Assembly: GCA_963665325.3 (NCBI GenBank)
Contig: OZ224045.1
Span: 1,408,001 to 1,472,000 of the forward strand
Origin: Alphaproteobacteria bacterium
GTDB taxonomy: Bacteria > Pseudomonadota > Alphaproteobacteria > Bin95
Direction: 5' to 3'
Length of the DNA: 64,000 nt
Each line of letters opens with the position of its first letter. Within the stretch, counting starts at the first letter, position 1. Of this stretch, positions 28,266 through 39,158 are shown one piece after another. The position numbers and the translations under genes are program-made. The notes under the pieces are model-generated. The model saw only the letters and a program-made list of their open reading frames with translations, searched no databases and was not told the origin of the DNA.

Positions 28266-29258
28266 ATGATGCGCCCGAACCCCGTTACGCCCCGGCTGCT
28301 CATCGGCTTCGGCGCCGCCATCGTCTTCGCGGCGATCCTGCCGCATCTCGTCTCGGACTTCACCAGCTTCCAGTTCACCCTGGCTATATCCTATGGCATC
28401 GCGCTGCTCGGGCTGAACATCCTGACCGGCTATAATGGCCAGTTCTCGATCGGCCACAGCGCGTTCTACGCCGTGGGCGCCTATACCGCCGCGATCCTGC
28501 TCTACCATTTCGAGTGGAACCACTACGCCACCCTGCCGGTGGCGGCGCTGGTGGCGTTCGTCGTCGGCTTCCTGTTCGGCCTGCCGGCGCTCCGGCTGGA
28601 GGGGCTCTATCTCGCGCTCGCAACCTTCGCCTTCGCCGTGGCGACGCCGCAATTGCTCAAGTTCGATGCGTTCGAGCATTGGACGGGCGGCGTGCAGGGG
28701 CTGTTCGTGCCGAAGCCCGAGCCGCTGATCGGCGGGCTAAGCGCCGACCAGTCGCTCTATTATGTTGCGCTGGCCATAATGGTGCTGCTGATGGGCGTTG
28801 CCTGGTGCCTGCTGCACAGCCGGTCGGGCCGGGCGATCATGGCGATTCGCGACAACCCGATCGCGGCCAGCACGATGGGCATCAACACAGCGCTCTACAA
28901 GACGACGGTCTTCGGCATCAGCGCCATGTACACCGGCATTGCCGGCGCGCTCAGCGTCTTCGTTACCGAGTTCGTGGCGCCCGACGCCTTCAACTTCTTC
29001 CTCGCGGTCAATCTTCTGATCGGGTCCGTGGTGGGCGGCATCGTGTCGATTCCGGGCGTGATCTTCGGCGGCCTGTTCCTGGTCTTCGTGCCCAACTTCG
29101 CCCAGGACATCAGCCGCGCCTATCCGTTCGTGCCGCCGCCCTGGGCGATCTTCGGCATCTTGCTGATCCTTGCGATATACTTCGTGCCGTTCGGGGTCTG
29201 GGGCGCGGTGGAACGGGTGTTCGCCCGGTGGAAACGCAAATCGGCCGCCGGCCGGTAG
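28266..29258 (+). CDS. branched-chain-type ABC permease (LivM-like)
   Basis: GLNILTGYNGQFSIGH and GLYLALAT motifs. Confidence 0.93.
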   Translation: MMRPNPVTPRLLIGFGAAIVFAAILPHLVSDFTSFQFTLAISYGIALLGLNILTGYNGQFSIGHSAFYAVGAYTAAILLYHFEWNHYATLPVAALVAFVVGFLFGLPALRLEGLYLALATFAFAVATPQLLKFDAFEHWTGGVQGLFVPKPEPLIGGLSADQSLYYVALAIMVLLMGVAWCLLHSRSGRAIMAIRDNPIAASTMGINTALYKTTVFGISAMYTGIAGALSVFVTEFVAPDAFNFFLAVNLLIGSVVGGIVSIPGVIFGGLFLVFVPNFAQDISRAYPFVPPPWAIFGILLILAIYFVPFGVWGAVERVFARWKRKSAAGR

Positions 29259-29291
29259 AGCTAATTCTCAACGAAACGGAGGTTTAGACCC

Positions 29292-30491
29292 ATGCGCATC
29301 AAGAACCTGCTCGCTGCCGCTGCGGCAGCGGGGTTGCTCGCCGGGACGGCGCAAGCCGCCGACATGACGGGCATCACCGACACCACGATCAAGATCGGCA
29401 ACACCAACCCCTATTCGGGCCCGGCCTCGGTCTACAGCACCATCGGCAAGACCATCTCCGCCTATTTCACGATGGTGAACGAGATGGGCGGCATCCAGGG
29501 CCGCCAGATCGACTTCATCTCGCTGGATGACGGCTACAGCCCGCCGCGCACGGTCGAGCAGGTCCGCAAGCTCGTCGAGCAGGAGGAGGTGGCGCTTCTC
29601 TTCCAGACGCTCGGAACGCCGACCAACTCCGCCATCCACCGCTATGTGAACTCGAAGAAGGTGCCGCATCTGTTCGTCGCGACGGGCGCCAGTAAGTGGG
29701 GCCAGCCGGACAAGTATCCCTGGACCATGGGCTTCCAGCCGACCTATGACGTCGAGGGCGAGATCTACGCGAAATACGTGCTGGAGAATGTCGAGAACCC
29801 GAAGATCGCGATCCTGTTCCAGAACGACGACTACGGGAAGGACTATCGCGACGGCTTCCTGCGCGGGCTCGGCGACAAGGCGGACGACCTCGTCGTCTCC
29901 CAGTTGCCCTACGAGGTCACCGACCCGACGGTGGACAGCCAGATCGTGGCGATGAAGGACAGCGGCGCCAATGTGTTCTTCAACATTACGATCCCGAAAT
30001 TCGCCGCCCAGGCGATCCGCAAGTCCTGCGAGATCGGCTGGAAGCCCACGCATCTGCTGAACAATGTGTCGTCCTCGGTGGGCGCGACACTGACGCCGGC
30101 CGGCCTCGACTGCTCCAAGGGCCTGATTACGGCGATCTACCTGAAGGACCCGGTGGACCCTCAGTGGCAGGATGATGCGGGCTACAAGGAGTGGGTCGGC
30201 TTCATGGAGAAGCACATGCCGGGCGCCGACATGACGGACGTCAACTACGCTTACGGCTACAACGTCTCCAAGCTGATGCACATCACGCTCGACGGCTGCA
30301 AGGACCTGTCGCGCGAGGGCATCATGGCCTGTGCCGCCAACCTCAAGGACATCGAGTTGCCGATGGTCCTTCCGGGCATTCTGGTCAACACGGCTGCCGA
30401 CGACTTCTACCCAATCCAGGCTGAGCAGCTCTCGCAGTTCGACGGTGAGCGCTGGGTCGCCTTCGGCGGAATCATCGACGCCAGCAAGTAA
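29292..30491 (+). CDS. ABC transporter substrate-binding protein (LivK-like fold)
   Basis: Signal peptide, then IKIGNTNPYSGPAS and DDGYSP motifs. Confidence 0.92.
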   Translation: MRIKNLLAAAAAAGLLAGTAQAADMTGITDTTIKIGNTNPYSGPASVYSTIGKTISAYFTMVNEMGGIQGRQIDFISLDDGYSPPRTVEQVRKLVEQEEVALLFQTLGTPTNSAIHRYVNSKKVPHLFVATGASKWGQPDKYPWTMGFQPTYDVEGEIYAKYVLENVENPKIAILFQNDDYGKDYRDGFLRGLGDKADDLVVSQLPYEVTDPTVDSQIVAMKDSGANVFFNITIPKFAAQAIRKSCEIGWKPTHLLNNVSSSVGATLTPAGLDCSKGLITAIYLKDPVDPQWQDDAGYKEWVGFMEKHMPGADMTDVNYAYGYNVSKLMHITLDGCKDLSREGIMACAANLKDIELPMVLPGILVNTAADDFYPIQAEQLSQFDGERWVAFGGIIDASK

Positions 30492-30514
30492 CCGCGCCGG
30501 CATAGCGGAAACTG

Positions 30515-30546
30515 GCCGCTTCCCCCGTCGGGGAGGCGGCTTTTTT
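30515..30546 (+). terminator. intrinsic terminator
   Basis: GCCGCTTCCCC / GGGGAGGCGGC stem followed by TTTTTT. Confidence 0.8.
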
Positions 30547-30608
30547 CTGGCCCTGTTTCAGCGAAAGTCCCGAGGCCGCCACAGCCCGATATGGTCTATG
30601 GTTGCACG

Positions 30609-31250
30609 ATGGCTCGGCATAGCAGGAAACGGAGGGCAGCGATGGCCGGGTTGGCCCTCGCCGCTGCAGGCGCAGCAGCATTGCCCCTGCTGGTCCGTGC
30701 CCGCTCGACGCCGTTGGGCTATGCCTTTCCCGGCGCGGCAGCCGACCTCGGCCTCGGGCTGGCGCCGCCGCCCGCTTGCACGCCCGGCACCCGAGCGCAG
30801 ACCGAAGGGCCCTTCTACACACCCTCGACGCCCCACCGCGCCGATTTGCGCGAACCCGATGCGGACGGCGAGCCGCTCATCTTCCAGGGCCTGGTGCTGA
30901 CGCCGGACTGCCGGCCCGTGCCGGGCGCGGTCATCGACATCTGGCATAGCAACGAGCGCGGACGCTACGACAACCGGGGCTTCCGCTACCGGGGCCACCA
31001 GTTCACGGACGCGGCAGGCGCCTTCCGGTTCCTGACGATCAGGCCGGGTCGCTACACGGGCCGCACGCCGCATATCCATGTGAAGGTACAGGGCAGGACG
31101 ACGCGCCTGCTCACCACGCAGGTCTATTTCCCGGACCTCAGGGACGCCAACCTCCGCGACTCCATCTACCGGGACGAGTTGCTGCTGCGCCTCGACCGGG
31201 CCGACGGGCTATGGCGCGGACGGTTCGATTTCGTGGTTGCGCCGGCCTGA
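30609..31250 (+). CDS. intradiol ring-cleavage dioxygenase-like protein, probably exported
   Basis: TEGPFY, DIWH...GRYD, TIRPGRY and RTPHIHVKV motifs, with an N-terminal RR/hydrophobic leader. Confidence 0.85.
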   Translation: MARHSRKRRAAMAGLALAAAGAAALPLLVRARSTPLGYAFPGAAADLGLGLAPPPACTPGTRAQTEGPFYTPSTPHRADLREPDADGEPLIFQGLVLTPDCRPVPGAVIDIWHSNERGRYDNRGFRYRGHQFTDAAGAFRFLTIRPGRYTGRTPHIHVKVQGRTTRLLTTQVYFPDLRDANLRDSIYRDELLLRLDRADGLWRGRFDFVVAPA

Positions 31251-31304
31251 GATTCGCGGGCCGGCACGACAAACCTCCGCCGGCCCGCATCCCTCGTTAC
31301 GGAC

Positions 31305-32366
31305 TCAGTTCTGCGCTACCCAGCGGTTCCAGCGCTCGGTCAGCTCTTCCTGGTAGTCCACCCAGAAGTCGAGCGCTTCCTGGCTGCCGCCGAACAGGCC
31401 CGTCGCCAGATTGTCGCCCGCCGGCAGGCTCTTCGCCCGCTCCGGATCGACCATCGCAACGCCGTTCTTGTGCGTCGGCCCGTAGGCGTAGGCCTTCGTG
31501 AAGGCAGCCTGGCGTCCGGGATCGGTCGTGTATTTGATGAAGGCGTAGCCGGCGTCCTGGTTAGGAGCGCCCTCGACGATGGCCCAGGAATCGATGGCGA
31601 AAATCGTCCGGTCCCAGATCATCTGCAGGTTCTTGCCGTCCTTCTGCGCATTGGTGATCCGACCGTTATAGGCCACGCTCAGTTCGACATCGCCCGCGGC
31701 AAGCCATTCCGGCGCCTGCGCGCCGGCCTCCCACCACTGGACCAGCGGCTTGACCTCGTCGAGCTTGGCGAAGGCCCGATCCACGCCCTCCGGCGTGTTG
31801 AGCACCTTGTAAACGTCCGCCGGCTCGACGCCGTCGGCCATCAGCGCATATTCGAGGTTGAGTTTCGGCCCCTTGCGCATGCCGCGCTTGCCGGTCCAGG
31901 TCTTCGTGTCCCAGAAATCGGCGAGCGTGGCGGGCGCCTTGCCGACCGTGTCGGCGTTGTAGGCAATGACCACCGACCAGACCAGCATGCCGACGCCGCA
32001 ATCGGTGACCGCGTCCGGCAGCATGTCTCCGGGCGGCACGAGCTTCGACCAGTCGAGCTGGACGAACACGCCTTCCTCGCAGCCACGGACCAGTTCCGAA
32101 GTCTCGACCTGCACCACATCCCAGGGGATTTGCCCGGTGTCCTGCATGGCCTGGAACTGGGCCCAGCCGCCGAGATAGACGTCTTCCAGGAAGGCGGTGC
32201 CCGATTCCTGGCTGAACGGGGTGAAATAAACCTCGCGCTGGGCGTCCTGATAGCTGCCGCCCCAGCTGGCAATCGTGAAATCTCGGGCTTCAGCGGCCCC
32301 GGAAAGCACGCCGAGCGCCGCGGCAACCGCGAAAAGGGGCCTGAAACTCCTCCCGATGGTTTTCAT
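31305..32366 (-). CDS. polyamine-type ABC substrate-binding protein
   Basis: ASWGGSYQDAQR, WDVVQVE and LEYALMADGV motifs. SD GGAGGAG before ATG 32366. Confidence 0.92.
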   Translation of the reverse strand: MKTIGRSFRPLFAVAAALGVLSGAAEARDFTIASWGGSYQDAQREVYFTPFSQESGTAFLEDVYLGGWAQFQAMQDTGQIPWDVVQVETSELVRGCEEGVFVQLDWSKLVPPGDMLPDAVTDCGVGMLVWSVVIAYNADTVGKAPATLADFWDTKTWTGKRGMRKGPKLNLEYALMADGVEPADVYKVLNTPEGVDRAFAKLDEVKPLVQWWEAGAQAPEWLAAGDVELSVAYNGRITNAQKDGKNLQMIWDRTIFAIDSWAIVEGAPNQDAGYAFIKYTTDPGRQAAFTKAYAYGPTHKNGVAMVDPERAKSLPAGDNLATGLFGGSQEALDFWVDYQEELTERWNRWVAQN

Positions 32367-32473
32367 TGCTCCTCCTCCTTTCCGCCGCACAGGGCACCTT
32401 GCTGATGGTCGCAATCTATCAGTGTCCTGCTCCGGGAAGCCTTGTGCAACCGGTTTCCTTCCGGCTGCGCCCC

Positions 32474-33304
32474 TCAGTCGGTGCGCGCGGAGCGCTGGCG
32501 GGAGCTTCGCCATTGCAGCAGTTCCACAACGACGAGCAGGGCGATGGAGAAGGCGATCAGTATGGTTGCTATCGCCACGATGGAGGGATCGACCTGGTCG
32601 CGGAGGCCAGTAAAGAGCTGGCGCGGCAGGGTAAGCTGGGCCGGACCGCTGACGAAGAGCGCCACGATAACCTCGTCCAGCGAGGTGACGAATGCGAAGA
32701 CCGCGCCCGCCAGCACGCCCGGCAGGATGAGCGGCAGCGTCACCTGGAAGAAGGCCGCGAGCGGCCGCGCGCCCAAGCTCTCTGCAGCGCGCACGAGGTT
32801 CCAGTCGAATCCCTTCAGCGTCGCCGACACGGTGATGACGACGAAGGGCACCGCCAGCACGACATGCGCGATTATGAGCCCGATATGCGTCTGCACGAGG
32901 CCGACCCGCGCGAAGAAAAAGTAGAGGCCGAGCGCGGTGATGACGAGCGGCACTGCGAGCGGCGAGATCAGCAGGCCGAAGACGAACGGCTTTCCCGGGA
33001 AGTCGGCGCGGGTCAGGCCATAGGCCGCAAGCGTGCCGAGCGCCGTTGCAATAATCGTCACCGTGACGGCGACGATCAGGCTGTTTTCCAGCGCGAACAT
33101 CCAGGGGAAGGGCTCGACCACGGCGTCGTACCAGCGCATCGAAAAGCCGGGCAGGGGATAGCTGAGGAAGCTGCCCGAGCTGAAGGAGATCGGCACGATG
33201 ACGATGATCGGCCCGATCAGAAAGACGAAACCGAAGCCGCAGAAGAGCCGCAGGCACCAGTACCAGACATGCTGGCCGCGCGTGGCGTTGACGGGCATCG
33301 CCAT
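32474..33304 (-). CDS. polyamine-type ABC permease (PotC-like)
   Basis: GFSMRWY, EAA-like RAAESLGA and SLDEV motifs. Confidence 0.92.
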   Translation of the reverse strand: MAMPVNATRGQHVWYWCLRLFCGFGFVFLIGPIIVIVPISFSSGSFLSYPLPGFSMRWYDAVVEPFPWMFALENSLIVAVTVTIIATALGTLAAYGLTRADFPGKPFVFGLLISPLAVPLVITALGLYFFFARVGLVQTHIGLIIAHVVLAVPFVVITVSATLKGFDWNLVRAAESLGARPLAAFFQVTLPLILPGVLAGAVFAFVTSLDEVIVALFVSGPAQLTLPRQLFTGLRDQVDPSIVAIATILIAFSIALLVVVELLQWRSSRQRSARTD

Positions 33305-33312
33305 CGGCCGGC

Positions 33313-34572
33313 CTAGCCGAGCCGGAGGCTGCCGCCGCGCACCAGCCCCCGATAGATCGGGTAGAGGGCGACCACGCTCAGCAGCAGCAGGATGGCGATG
33401 GCGCTGGCCATGCCCCAATTGCCGGTCCGGGTCGCGAACTCGGCAATCAGGTAGCTCAGCATCTGGTCGGACGCGCCGCCGATGAGGGCGGGCGTGATGT
33501 AGAAGCCCAGCGACAGGATGAACACCAGGATGCACCCGGCGCCGAGGCCGGGCAGGGTCTGCGGCAGATACACCGACAGGAACGCGGCCGGCGGCTTTGC
33601 GCCGAGCGAGGCGGCGGCGCGCATCTGGCTCGCCGGGATGTTCCGCATGACGGCGTAGAGCGGCAGAACCAGGAAGGGAAGCAGGATGTGGACCATGGCG
33701 ATATAGACGCCTGTCCGGTTGAATATCAGCGTCAGCGGTTCGTCGATGAAATCCATGTAAAGCAGGGAGTCATTGACGATGCCCTTGTTCTGGAGCAGCA
33801 CCACCCAGGCGGCCGTGCGCACCAGGAGCGATGTCCAGAAGGGCAGCAGTACCAGCACCAGCAGGAAGCGCGACCAGCGCTTTTCGGATGTGGCGATGAG
33901 GAAGGCCATCGGGTAGCCGATGGCGATGCAAAAGGCCAGCACCCAGAAGCTGATCCAGAACGTGCGTTTCAGATAGTCGATATAGATGGTGCGCTCAGGT
34001 GGAGCGGCGCCGATGCTGCCGTCCCACCGCCTTTGGAGGTCGACGGCCGCCAGCAGGTAGCGGGTAGTGTAGGGCCCGGCTGAGGCTTTGATCGCGCGCC
34101 AATAGGTAATGTCGCCCCAGCGCTTGTCGAGCCCGATCAGGGCCTCCTTGTAGGGCGGTCCCTCAATGCGGCTTATCTTGCGCCCGGTGCGCATGACCAT
34201 GCTGCGAAAGCCGCTGATCTCGTAGTTGAGCCGCATGGCGGCCGCCGCAACCGTTCGGTTCGAATAGCCGGTGCGGATTTCCTCGACCACGGTGGCGAAG
34301 GCCTCTTCGCCCGGCAATTCGGCCCCGTCCCACTCGGCCACGGTCTCTGCGGTCAGGGGCATGACCTCGGCGAGTTTCGGGTCGTCCACGCTGAAATAGA
34401 GCAGCGAGAGGATCGGGCCCGCAAACACCACGACGATGAACAGAAGCAGGGGCGCGACAAGCAGGAAGGCGTTGAGCGAGCGGCGCCGCTCGGCGCGTCT
34501 GAGCTTTATCTCCAGGCTACGGTCTGCGGGACCGGCCTTTCCTTCACCCGCGAATCCGGCAGGCGCGTTCAT
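33313..34572 (-). CDS. polyamine-type ABC permease (PotB-like)
   Basis: LPFWTSLLVRTAAW, RAAASLGA and GFYITPALIGG motifs. Confidence 0.92.
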   Translation of the reverse strand: MNAPAGFAGEGKAGPADRSLEIKLRRAERRRSLNAFLLVAPLLLFIVVVFAGPILSLLYFSVDDPKLAEVMPLTAETVAEWDGAELPGEEAFATVVEEIRTGYSNRTVAAAAMRLNYEISGFRSMVMRTGRKISRIEGPPYKEALIGLDKRWGDITYWRAIKASAGPYTTRYLLAAVDLQRRWDGSIGAAPPERTIYIDYLKRTFWISFWVLAFCIAIGYPMAFLIATSEKRWSRFLLVLVLLPFWTSLLVRTAAWVVLLQNKGIVNDSLLYMDFIDEPLTLIFNRTGVYIAMVHILLPFLVLPLYAVMRNIPASQMRAAASLGAKPPAAFLSVYLPQTLPGLGAGCILVFILSLGFYITPALIGGASDQMLSYLIAEFATRTGNWGMASAIAILLLLSVVALYPIYRGLVRGGSLRLG

Positions 34573-35663
34573 TCCGGAGCCAGCACGCGGCAGTGCTTCG
34601 GAGACCAGCCGACCTCGACCGTCTCGCCCGGCGCGAGGGCATCGCTGCGGGTGCTGGCGGGGGCAAGCGCGATGATGTCGTCCCGCCCCGTCATCGCCAG
34701 CCGCACGCGGTTATGCGCGCCGAAATAGATCACCTCGACAACGGTGGCGCCGAACCGGTTTGCAACGTCGTCGGCATCCGGGTCGATGACCAGACGTTCC
34801 GGACGCAGGGACAGCACCGCTGCATCTCCCTTCGCGCGCGGGGTTGCGGAGCGCGCACGGACGACATCGCCGTTTGACAGCCGGACGGCGCATTCCGAGC
34901 CGCTCATGCTCTCGATCCGGCCTTCGAAGCTGTTGTTTTCGCCTACGAAATTGGCAACGAATGCGTTGGCGGGCTCCTCATATACCTCATGCGGCGAGCC
35001 GACCTGCTGGATGAGCCCTTCATTCATGATCGCCACCCGGTCGGACATGGTCAGCGCCTCGCCCTGATCGTGTGTGACATAGGCAACGGTCATGCCGAGC
35101 TCTTCGTGCAGATGCTTGATCTCGATCTGCATCTGCTCGCGAAGCTTCTTGTCGAGCGCGCCCAGCGGCTCGTCCATCAGCACGATCTCTGGCTCGAAGA
35201 CGAGCGCTCTTGCGAGCGCGACGCGCTGCTGCTGTCCCCCGGAGAGCTGGTTGGGGCGCCGGTCGTCGAGGCCCGACAGGTCCACCATGCGCAGCGCCGC
35301 CTCGACTTTCTGGCGGATCGCTTGCTTGGAATTGCGGCGCTGGACTAGCGGGAAGGCGACATTCTGGAAGACCGACTTGTGCGGGAAGAGGGCGTAGTTC
35401 TGGAACACGATGCCCATGTTCCGCCGGAAAGGCGGCACATTGCGCAGCGAGCGGTCGTTGAGGGCGATGTCACCGGCCGTCACCGCCTCGAAGCCGGCAA
35501 GCATCAGCAATATGGTCGTCTTGCCCGAGCCGGACGGGCCAAGCAGCGTCAGGAACTCGCCCCTGCAGATTTCGAGGTTGAGGCGGTCCACGACATTGAC
35601 GCGACCGTCATAGGTCTTCTCGACATCCCGGAACCGGACGAGGACTTCGGGCTCGGGCGCCAC
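34569..35663 (-). CDS. polyamine-type ABC ATP-binding protein (PotA-like)
   Basis: GPSGSGKTT, LSGGQQQR and MDEPLGALD motifs. Confidence 0.94.
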   Translation of the reverse strand: MAPEPEVLVRFRDVEKTYDGRVNVVDRLNLEICRGEFLTLLGPSGSGKTTILLMLAGFEAVTAGDIALNDRSLRNVPPFRRNMGIVFQNYALFPHKSVFQNVAFPLVQRRNSKQAIRQKVEAALRMVDLSGLDDRRPNQLSGGQQQRVALARALVFEPEIVLMDEPLGALDKKLREQMQIEIKHLHEELGMTVAYVTHDQGEALTMSDRVAIMNEGLIQQVGSPHEVYEEPANAFVANFVGENNSFEGRIESMSGSECAVRLSNGDVVRARSATPRAKGDAAVLSLRPERLVIDPDADDVANRFGATVVEVIYFGAHNRVRLAMTGRDDIIALAPASTRSDALAPGETVEVGWSPKHCRVLAPE

Positions 35664-35818
35664 TTCTAGCGGCGCTCCCGGCCCGCTCCGTCAGCCGCGC
35701 TTCGGGTGCGAAAACCTGCAAGGCGGGCCGCGCGGCCGGAGAGGCCGCCCCGCCGCAGGCAGGAGAGCGGCAGCCCGGCTGGCGACCCTAATGACAAGGC
35801 GTTGCAGCCTTGCCGGGG

Positions 35819-37207
35819 TTATGCAACCGCCTTGCCCTGTCTCGTCAGCAGGTCGAGCCCCTCGTCGAGCGCCTTGGCGTAGCGGTCGAACATGTCGTCG
35901 ATTTCGCTCTTCGCGATAATCAGGGGCGGGGAAAAGCACATCGCATCCCCGACCGGCCGCGTGATCAGCCCGTGCTCCGCGCACAGGTTGTTGACCAGCG
36001 CGCCGACGCCGTCGGATGCCGCGAACGCCTCCCGGGTTGCCTTGTCCTTGACCAGCTCGGTCGCCCCGACCAGTCCGACGCCGCGAACTTCGCCGACCAG
36101 GGGATGGTCGGTAAAGCCGCGCAGGCGTTCCTGGAAGTGCGGCGCCACGCTGCGGACATGGCCCAGCATGTCGGTTTCCTCGTAGATCTTGAGCGTCTCG
36201 AGGGCGACGGCCGCGGCCACCGGATGCCCGGAATAGGTGTAGCCGTGCCCAAACACGCCCATCTTGGCGCTTGCATCCGCGATGGCCTGATAGACTTGAT
36301 CGCTGATCATCGTGGCCGAGATCGGCACGTAGCTCGACGACAGCGCCTTGGCACAGGTGAGGATGTCGGGCTCGATACCGTAAGTCTGGGACCCCCAGAA
36401 ATTACCGGTCCGGCAGAAGCCGCAGATCACCTCGTCGGCGACGAACAGCACGTCGTGCTTGCGGAGCACGGCCTGCATCTTCTCGAAATAGGTGGCCGGC
36501 GGCACGATGACCCCGCCGGCACCCATGACCGGCTCGGCGAAGAAGGCAGCCACCGTTTCGGGCCCTTCGGCCTCGATCAGCGCATCAAGTTCCTCCGCCA
36601 TCCGCGTCGCGAAATCCTCTTCGCTCTCGCCTTCCTGCCCGGCACGGTAGTAGTGCGGATTGCCGGTGTGGATGAACCGGTCAAGCGGCGCATCGAAACC
36701 GGAATGGTTGAGCGAGCGGCCGGTCAGGCTGGCTGCCGCCAGCGTGATGCCGTGATAGCCGTTGACGCGTCCGACGATCTTCTTCTTCTGGTGACGGCCG
36801 CGGGCATTGTTGTAGTACCAGATGATCTTGATCGCGGTGTCGTTCGCCTCGGACCCGGAGTTGTTGAAGAACACCTTGGAGACCGAGGTCGGCGCGAGGC
36901 CCATCAGCTTCTCGGCGAGGTCGATGCCGGGAAGATGCGATTTCTGCCCGAACTGGTGGTAGTAGGGCAGTGTCTCCATCTGCTTTACGGCAGCGGCGAT
37001 AAGGCGCTTGTGCTGGAAGCCGAGTGAGGTGGACCAGAGGCCCGCCATGGCCTCGATATACTGCTTGCCGGCCGTATCCCAGACATAGACGCCTTCGCCG
37101 CGCTCGATGACCATCGGCCCCTGTTCTTCGTGCTGGCGGAAGTTCGTGTAAGGGTGAAGCAGATACGCGACATCGCGCGCTTCCGGTGAATTCGGCTGCA
37201 ATGGCAT
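35819..37207 (-). CDS. class III (omega) aminotransferase
   Basis: NSGSEAND, GYHG, ADEVICGF, PLP-lysine motif TCAKALSS and HGYTYSGHP. Confidence 0.94.
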   Translation of the reverse strand: MPLQPNSPEARDVAYLLHPYTNFRQHEEQGPMVIERGEGVYVWDTAGKQYIEAMAGLWSTSLGFQHKRLIAAAVKQMETLPYYHQFGQKSHLPGIDLAEKLMGLAPTSVSKVFFNNSGSEANDTAIKIIWYYNNARGRHQKKKIVGRVNGYHGITLAAASLTGRSLNHSGFDAPLDRFIHTGNPHYYRAGQEGESEEDFATRMAEELDALIEAEGPETVAAFFAEPVMGAGGVIVPPATYFEKMQAVLRKHDVLFVADEVICGFCRTGNFWGSQTYGIEPDILTCAKALSSSYVPISATMISDQVYQAIADASAKMGVFGHGYTYSGHPVAAAVALETLKIYEETDMLGHVRSVAPHFQERLRGFTDHPLVGEVRGVGLVGATELVKDKATREAFAASDGVGALVNNLCAEHGLITRPVGDAMCFSPPLIIAKSEIDDMFDRYAKALDEGLDLLTRQGKAVA

Positions 37208-37529
37208 GGGACGGCCTCCGGGGACGCTGGTGGCGAGGGGAAGCCATAGTCTAGCACCCTGCGGCGGCCCGTCCCAAGTTCCTTTGTGGGCGGGCTCCGG
37301 TTCGTTTGCAGGAGTCTGGTGCGGCCGGCCGCGCCATTCGACACGCGGCCAATCGTTGCGTTGACAGGGTCGCCAGTTGGTGCATGGTCTCCGCACGCCG
37401 ACAGGAGGCCCGTTCGTTGCCGACCGTTGGCATCTGGGCTGCGCCGCCATTGCGCGCCGGATGCGAACCTGCGGGACCGGGAACGACAGCGGACCCTCCA
37501 GCCGGACACCAATCAGGGAGAAGACAAAA

Positions 37530-39068
37530 ATGAGTTTCAGGAAACTTGCGGGCGTGGCGGTGTCGATCGCCGGCGCCGCAATGATCGCAACCTCGGCCAA
37601 CGCGGGGCCCGACGACGACTCGCTGATCGTCGCGTGGGGTTCGACCGGCCCCATTGAGAACGTGGACAACTATTTCAACACCAACCGGACCGGCATCTGG
37701 TTCAGCCGCATGGTCTGGGACCAGCTCATCTATCGCGAGCCGAAGACCTTCGAGTTCAAGCCGCTTCTGGCGACGAGCTGGGAACTGCTCAACGACACGA
37801 CCTGGCAATTCAAGCTGCGCGAGGGCGTCAAATTCCATAACGGCGAGCCGTTCGACGCCGATGACGTGGTCTTCACCATGAATTGGATCTCGAACCCGGA
37901 CAACGGCGTCAAGGTGCAGCGAAACGTCAACTGGATCGACCGGGCTGAGAAGGTAGACCAGTACACCGTCAACCTGCACATGAAGAAGCCGTTCCCGCAG
38001 GCTTTCGAGTTTCTGTCGGGGCCGCTGACGATCTATCCCAACGAGTATTACGCCGAAGTCGGCCCGCAGGGCATGGGCCAGAAACCGGTCGGCACGGGCC
38101 CGATGAAGGTCGTTTCGATCAAGACCGCTGAGGAATATGTCTTCGAGAAGAACGAGGACTACACCTGGGGCAGTCCGAAGGGCGGGGCGCAGGTCTCGAA
38201 GATGGTCGTGCGCGAGATTGCCGATGTGCAGACTCAGATTGCCGAACTGCTGGCGGGCGGCATCGACGTGACCGCCGATATTTCGGCCGACCATGTGGAC
38301 CAGATCGGCCAGGTGCCGGGCTACAACGCCCTCCAGGCCGGCACGATGCGAACGGGCTATATCGGTTTCGACGCCGCTGGCCGCGGCAATTTCGAGCCGA
38401 CCACGAAGCTCAAGGTCCGCCAGGCGATGGCTCACGCGATCGACCGCGCGTCGCTCGTCAAGAACCTGATCCGGGGCGACGCCGGCGTCATTCATACGCC
38501 TTGCTTCCCGACCCAGTTCGGCTGCGATGCCGAGGCGGCGGTCAAATACGAATTCGACCCCGAGAAGGCCAAGATGCTTCTCGCCGAGGCCGGCTATCCC
38601 GACGGGTTCGAAATCGGTTTCTACACCTTCCGTCCCGCGGACTGGGCCGAAGCGATCATGGGTGACCTGGCCAAGGTCGGAATTAAGGCGACGCTGACCA
38701 AGATGCCCTACTTCGCGCTGCGCGACAAACAGCGCAATGAGGGCACGACGCCGATGTTCCTGATGGACTGGGGCTCCTATTCGATGAACGACATGTCGGC
38801 GATCACCAGCCACTTCTTCAAGAAGGGGCCGGACGATTTCGCGCTCGACGACGAGGTGGCCGCGTGGCTCGAAGAGGGCGACACGAACTCGGACCCGGAG
38901 GTGCGGAAGGCCGCCTACCGCAAGGCGGTAGAGAAGATCACCCGCGAGGTCTACTGGCTGCCGATGTTCAACCATGTCCGCAACTACGCCTATCGCGAGG
39001 AGCTGAACTTCATCCCCTACCAGGATGAGATTCCGCGCTTCTGGCAGTATGGCTGGGCAAGCAGCTAA
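37530..39068 (+). CDS. peptide/opine-type ABC substrate-binding protein
   Basis: Signal peptide, then LREGVKFHNGEPFDADDV and PVGTGP motifs. Confidence 0.92.
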   Translation: MSFRKLAGVAVSIAGAAMIATSANAGPDDDSLIVAWGSTGPIENVDNYFNTNRTGIWFSRMVWDQLIYREPKTFEFKPLLATSWELLNDTTWQFKLREGVKFHNGEPFDADDVVFTMNWISNPDNGVKVQRNVNWIDRAEKVDQYTVNLHMKKPFPQAFEFLSGPLTIYPNEYYAEVGPQGMGQKPVGTGPMKVVSIKTAEEYVFEKNEDYTWGSPKGGAQVSKMVVREIADVQTQIAELLAGGIDVTADISADHVDQIGQVPGYNALQAGTMRTGYIGFDAAGRGNFEPTTKLKVRQAMAHAIDRASLVKNLIRGDAGVIHTPCFPTQFGCDAEAAVKYEFDPEKAKMLLAEAGYPDGFEIGFYTFRPADWAEAIMGDLAKVGIKATLTKMPYFALRDKQRNEGTTPMFLMDWGSYSMNDMSAITSHFFKKGPDDFALDDEVAAWLEEGDTNSDPEVRKAAYRKAVEKITREVYWLPMFNHVRNYAYREELNFIPYQDEIPRFWQYGWASS

Positions 39069-39158
39069 CGGCGCCTCGCCCTCGCAAGGGGGCAGCGACA
39101 GGGCAGGGCGGGCCGTGCTCCCGCCCTGCCGTTCCTTCGACCGTCGGAGAGCGGCGGA